A stretch of 32,989 nucleotides of DNA. Source: Craspedostauros australis (Eukaryota). The number at the start of each line of letters is the position of its first letter. Within the stretch, counting starts at the first letter, position 1. The DNA is taken from assembly GCA_030167865.1 (NCBI GenBank), contig JALAGF010001061.1, positions 1 through 32,989 on the forward strand, in the 5' to 3' direction. Made by a program: the position numbers and the translations under genes. The notes under the pieces are model-generated. The model saw only the letters and a list, made by a program, of their open reading frames with translations. It was not told the origin of the DNA and made no database searches. Positions 30,638-32,989 of this stretch are shown one piece after another.

Positions 30638-32133
30638 ATGGGACGAAAGAACAAAAGCTCTGTTGGAGGTGCGATGACAATGATGACAATGGTGACACCA
30701 TCCACGATAGTCGCAACATGCGCGGCATGGATGATAATGATGCTGCTGCACGGCGACAAAGCGTCGGCGGTGGAATGGTCGGACTTTGACAAACTGGACT
30801 ATTCGTACGACATCAATGCACCCAACGGCCCCGATTCATGGGACCGCGTACAGGGCTACGGCGAATGGGAGACCAAGTACGACAACCGCTTCGTGCAGCA
30901 GCTCAAGAACCGCTGTGCCGAGACTCTGCGCCCCAGCCCCTTGAACCTCGTGGCCAGCGCGCCATGTCCCGACATGCACGAACCTCTGAGTCCGCAAATC
31001 GATACGGACATGTACTGTGGTCCATTGGATGCGTCGTTCGCCATCACGCCGGGATCGCTGCGCGTCTACTATCCGCTGGACGATGCCGAATGCCGGCGTC
31101 CACGCTTGACCATGTCCAACATCTTCGACGACAACGTGCTGCTGTACATGGAGCTGCATGCGCGATCCGAGCATTGGTTGGAGGGCAAGCAGTACGACGC
31201 GGAATTGCAGATGGTGCACGTGAGCGAGGCCGATCGCGGTGTGTACCGCGACCAATTGACGACCGTCAGTCTCATGTTGCAGGCCGATGCCGACAAGGAT
31301 GACGTGGAGTTCCAATGGATGCTGAACCAGTGGCAGGCGGTTGCCGACAGCGAGGCACAGGCATGCGCATCATCTCAACGCCTGCTGCGGCGTCGTATGG
31401 GCGAGACTCTACCGAAGATGGCAACACGCAACGCAAATATGAATGCAGATACAGATGCAGATGCGATCATCAACAATGACAGCAATATGAACGAGGATCG
31501 AAAAGCGAGGGAGGTGATGGAAACTGCCCGCCAGCAATCGACAAAGCAAAGGGATTTGCAATTCACCGCCAGTCCCTGTCGAAGCGACGAGAATGGACGA
31601 GGTTGCGAACCGTTGGGACCCAGGCGGCGCATGTTCCCTTACAGCCTGTGGACATCGATTTGGTACTATTTCTACTACGGTTCCATGACCTCGCCGCCCT
31701 GCAGCGACAACGTCACGTACTACATCATGGATAAGCCAAGGTAAGTTGCTGTGACGTTCGAATCGATGTACGAATTGACCAGCGCTGTAACAGTGCTCTC
31801 CTTGCATTGAAACATGAGTTCGTCGTGATTTTTGCATCGGCCACTCTTACCATCCACTCAACTTTCGCACCAACTCACATCTTCAACGAACACACATACT
31901 GCATTGCACACAACACGACCGACCCACACAGACGCATTTCACGAAGGCAGTACCGTCAGCTGACGCACCTGCTGAAGCAGTCCAGGAACGATGACTGCGA
32001 ACAAGACACGATCGTTTCCCCGACAGGTGACAACTTCCGTCCCGTTCGCGACGTCAATTCGCAAATCCAATCCATGATGAAATGCTCACCCAGTGATTTC
32101 GGTCATTTCATGTATCCGCAAGACGAGCAATGA
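30638..32133 (+). CDS. Secretory-pathway alpha-carbonic anhydrase-like protein, probably acatalytic
   Basis: Motifs NGPDSW, PSPLNL, HARSEHWLEGKQYDAELQMVH, YYGSMTSPPCSDNV and NFRP. Exons 30638-31740 and 31932-32133; intron 31741-31931 (GTAAGT...ACAG, phase 2). Hydrophobic leader ending ASA-VEW; the true start may be one of several downstream ATGs. Confidence 0.9.
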
Positions 32134-32989
32134 TGCAAACGGGAAGCAAACATGTCAACGATACTTCAGGAGAGGCAATGTCGATAGTGATGTTGTTGTT
32201 CCACTCTTGTGTGAGTGATGAGGATGTACATTTTGATTACATTATGGTAGGTTTGAGGAGGAGGCACAATACGAGTTTGTGCAAGTACGTGGCGACGACC
32301 ATTCAACAAAGAATCCTCATAGTTGTACTCTACAGATTCTCCTCCCCACATGGATCGAACGCTTTTTACTGGTCGCATCCAAACAGAGAAGGCAGCCAAA
32401 GGGAAGTCATGTGCATCGAGGAATGATACATAGGAGACATTATTTCGCCCGCGAGAGCAGAGACACACTTCCCCCTGTCTCGCCAAGAAATGTCCGAGAC
32501 CGAAGTAACCGGTGGTTCATTGTCACGATGCTTCAAGTATGAACATGCCTCGAGTATTCCCACATTTGCGTACGAGTGTGGTGACGACGATTGGCTGTGT
32601 TTCTTCGTTGTCGTTCGTGAAGAGAGCATGATGAATAGTCGTGATCACCCCAATCGAATCAAGAAGAATAAGAGCCCCTCGAGCGAGTCGATCAAGACTT
32701 TGAAATAGACCTCGCAACTTTATTCCTGCGATTTCAAAACTAAGTACATATTCCCAATCCTCGTAGATCTAAAACATATACCAATCCATTCCAGATCTGA
32801 GGTTGGCCGTATTTTAAGTTTTATGGACCGATGGATGTGCGCATTTTTCGATCTCTTTCGGGTTTCAGCTGTTTGGCTACGACTACATCGATCCAACTTA
32901 ACCCTTTGCTGTTCTTTGTTTCAGCAAGGTTGTTCCCATTTTGAATTGTTTAGTCTCTTTTTCAGGCGTTCCGATCAGAGCATCCAACA

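Noticed and set aside
32355..32375. CGCTTTTTACTG resembling U5 snRNA loop 1
   Set aside because: It deviates from the invariant GCCUUUUAC, and has no convincing enclosing stem or Sm site.
1..32989. CRISPR arrays, tRNA and rRNA genes
   Set aside because: None seen; all tandem repeats are short microsatellites or minisatellites without spacers.

Overview
Eukaryotic, gene-dense genomic DNA, most consistent with a diatom: GT-AG introns, a bipartite plastid presequence, DUF6824-like domains and microsatellite-rich UTRs. The species cannot be determined from the sequence. From about 4.3 kb onward there are nine well-supported genes: a TTL-family ATP-grasp ligase (-, 2 exons), a plastid acyl-ACP delta-9 desaturase (-, 2 exons), an RCC1-repeat protein (+), SNW1/SKIP (-), a probably mitochondrial topoisomerase II (-), a tandem DUF6824-like protein with an N/Q-rich tail (+), an ankyrin-repeat protein (+), PRP4/PRPF4 (-) and an alpha-carbonic-anhydrase-like protein lacking two zinc ligands (+, 2 exons). 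There is also one possible small membrane-protein gene. The first ~3.8 kb is decayed accessory DNA: a broken ORF followed by a polypurine tract and a candidate LTR with TA...TA termini, older CpG-decayed ORF relics, and a sharp CpG-depletion boundary. I see no rRNA, tRNA, CRISPR array or clear multi-gene novel system. The best leads are the atypical retroelement end, the pseudo-enzymatic and possibly proteolytically processed alpha-CA, a structured island in the desaturase intron, and a bZIP/CCRE motif cluster in the desaturase promoter. All calls come from manual motif reading; no searches were run.
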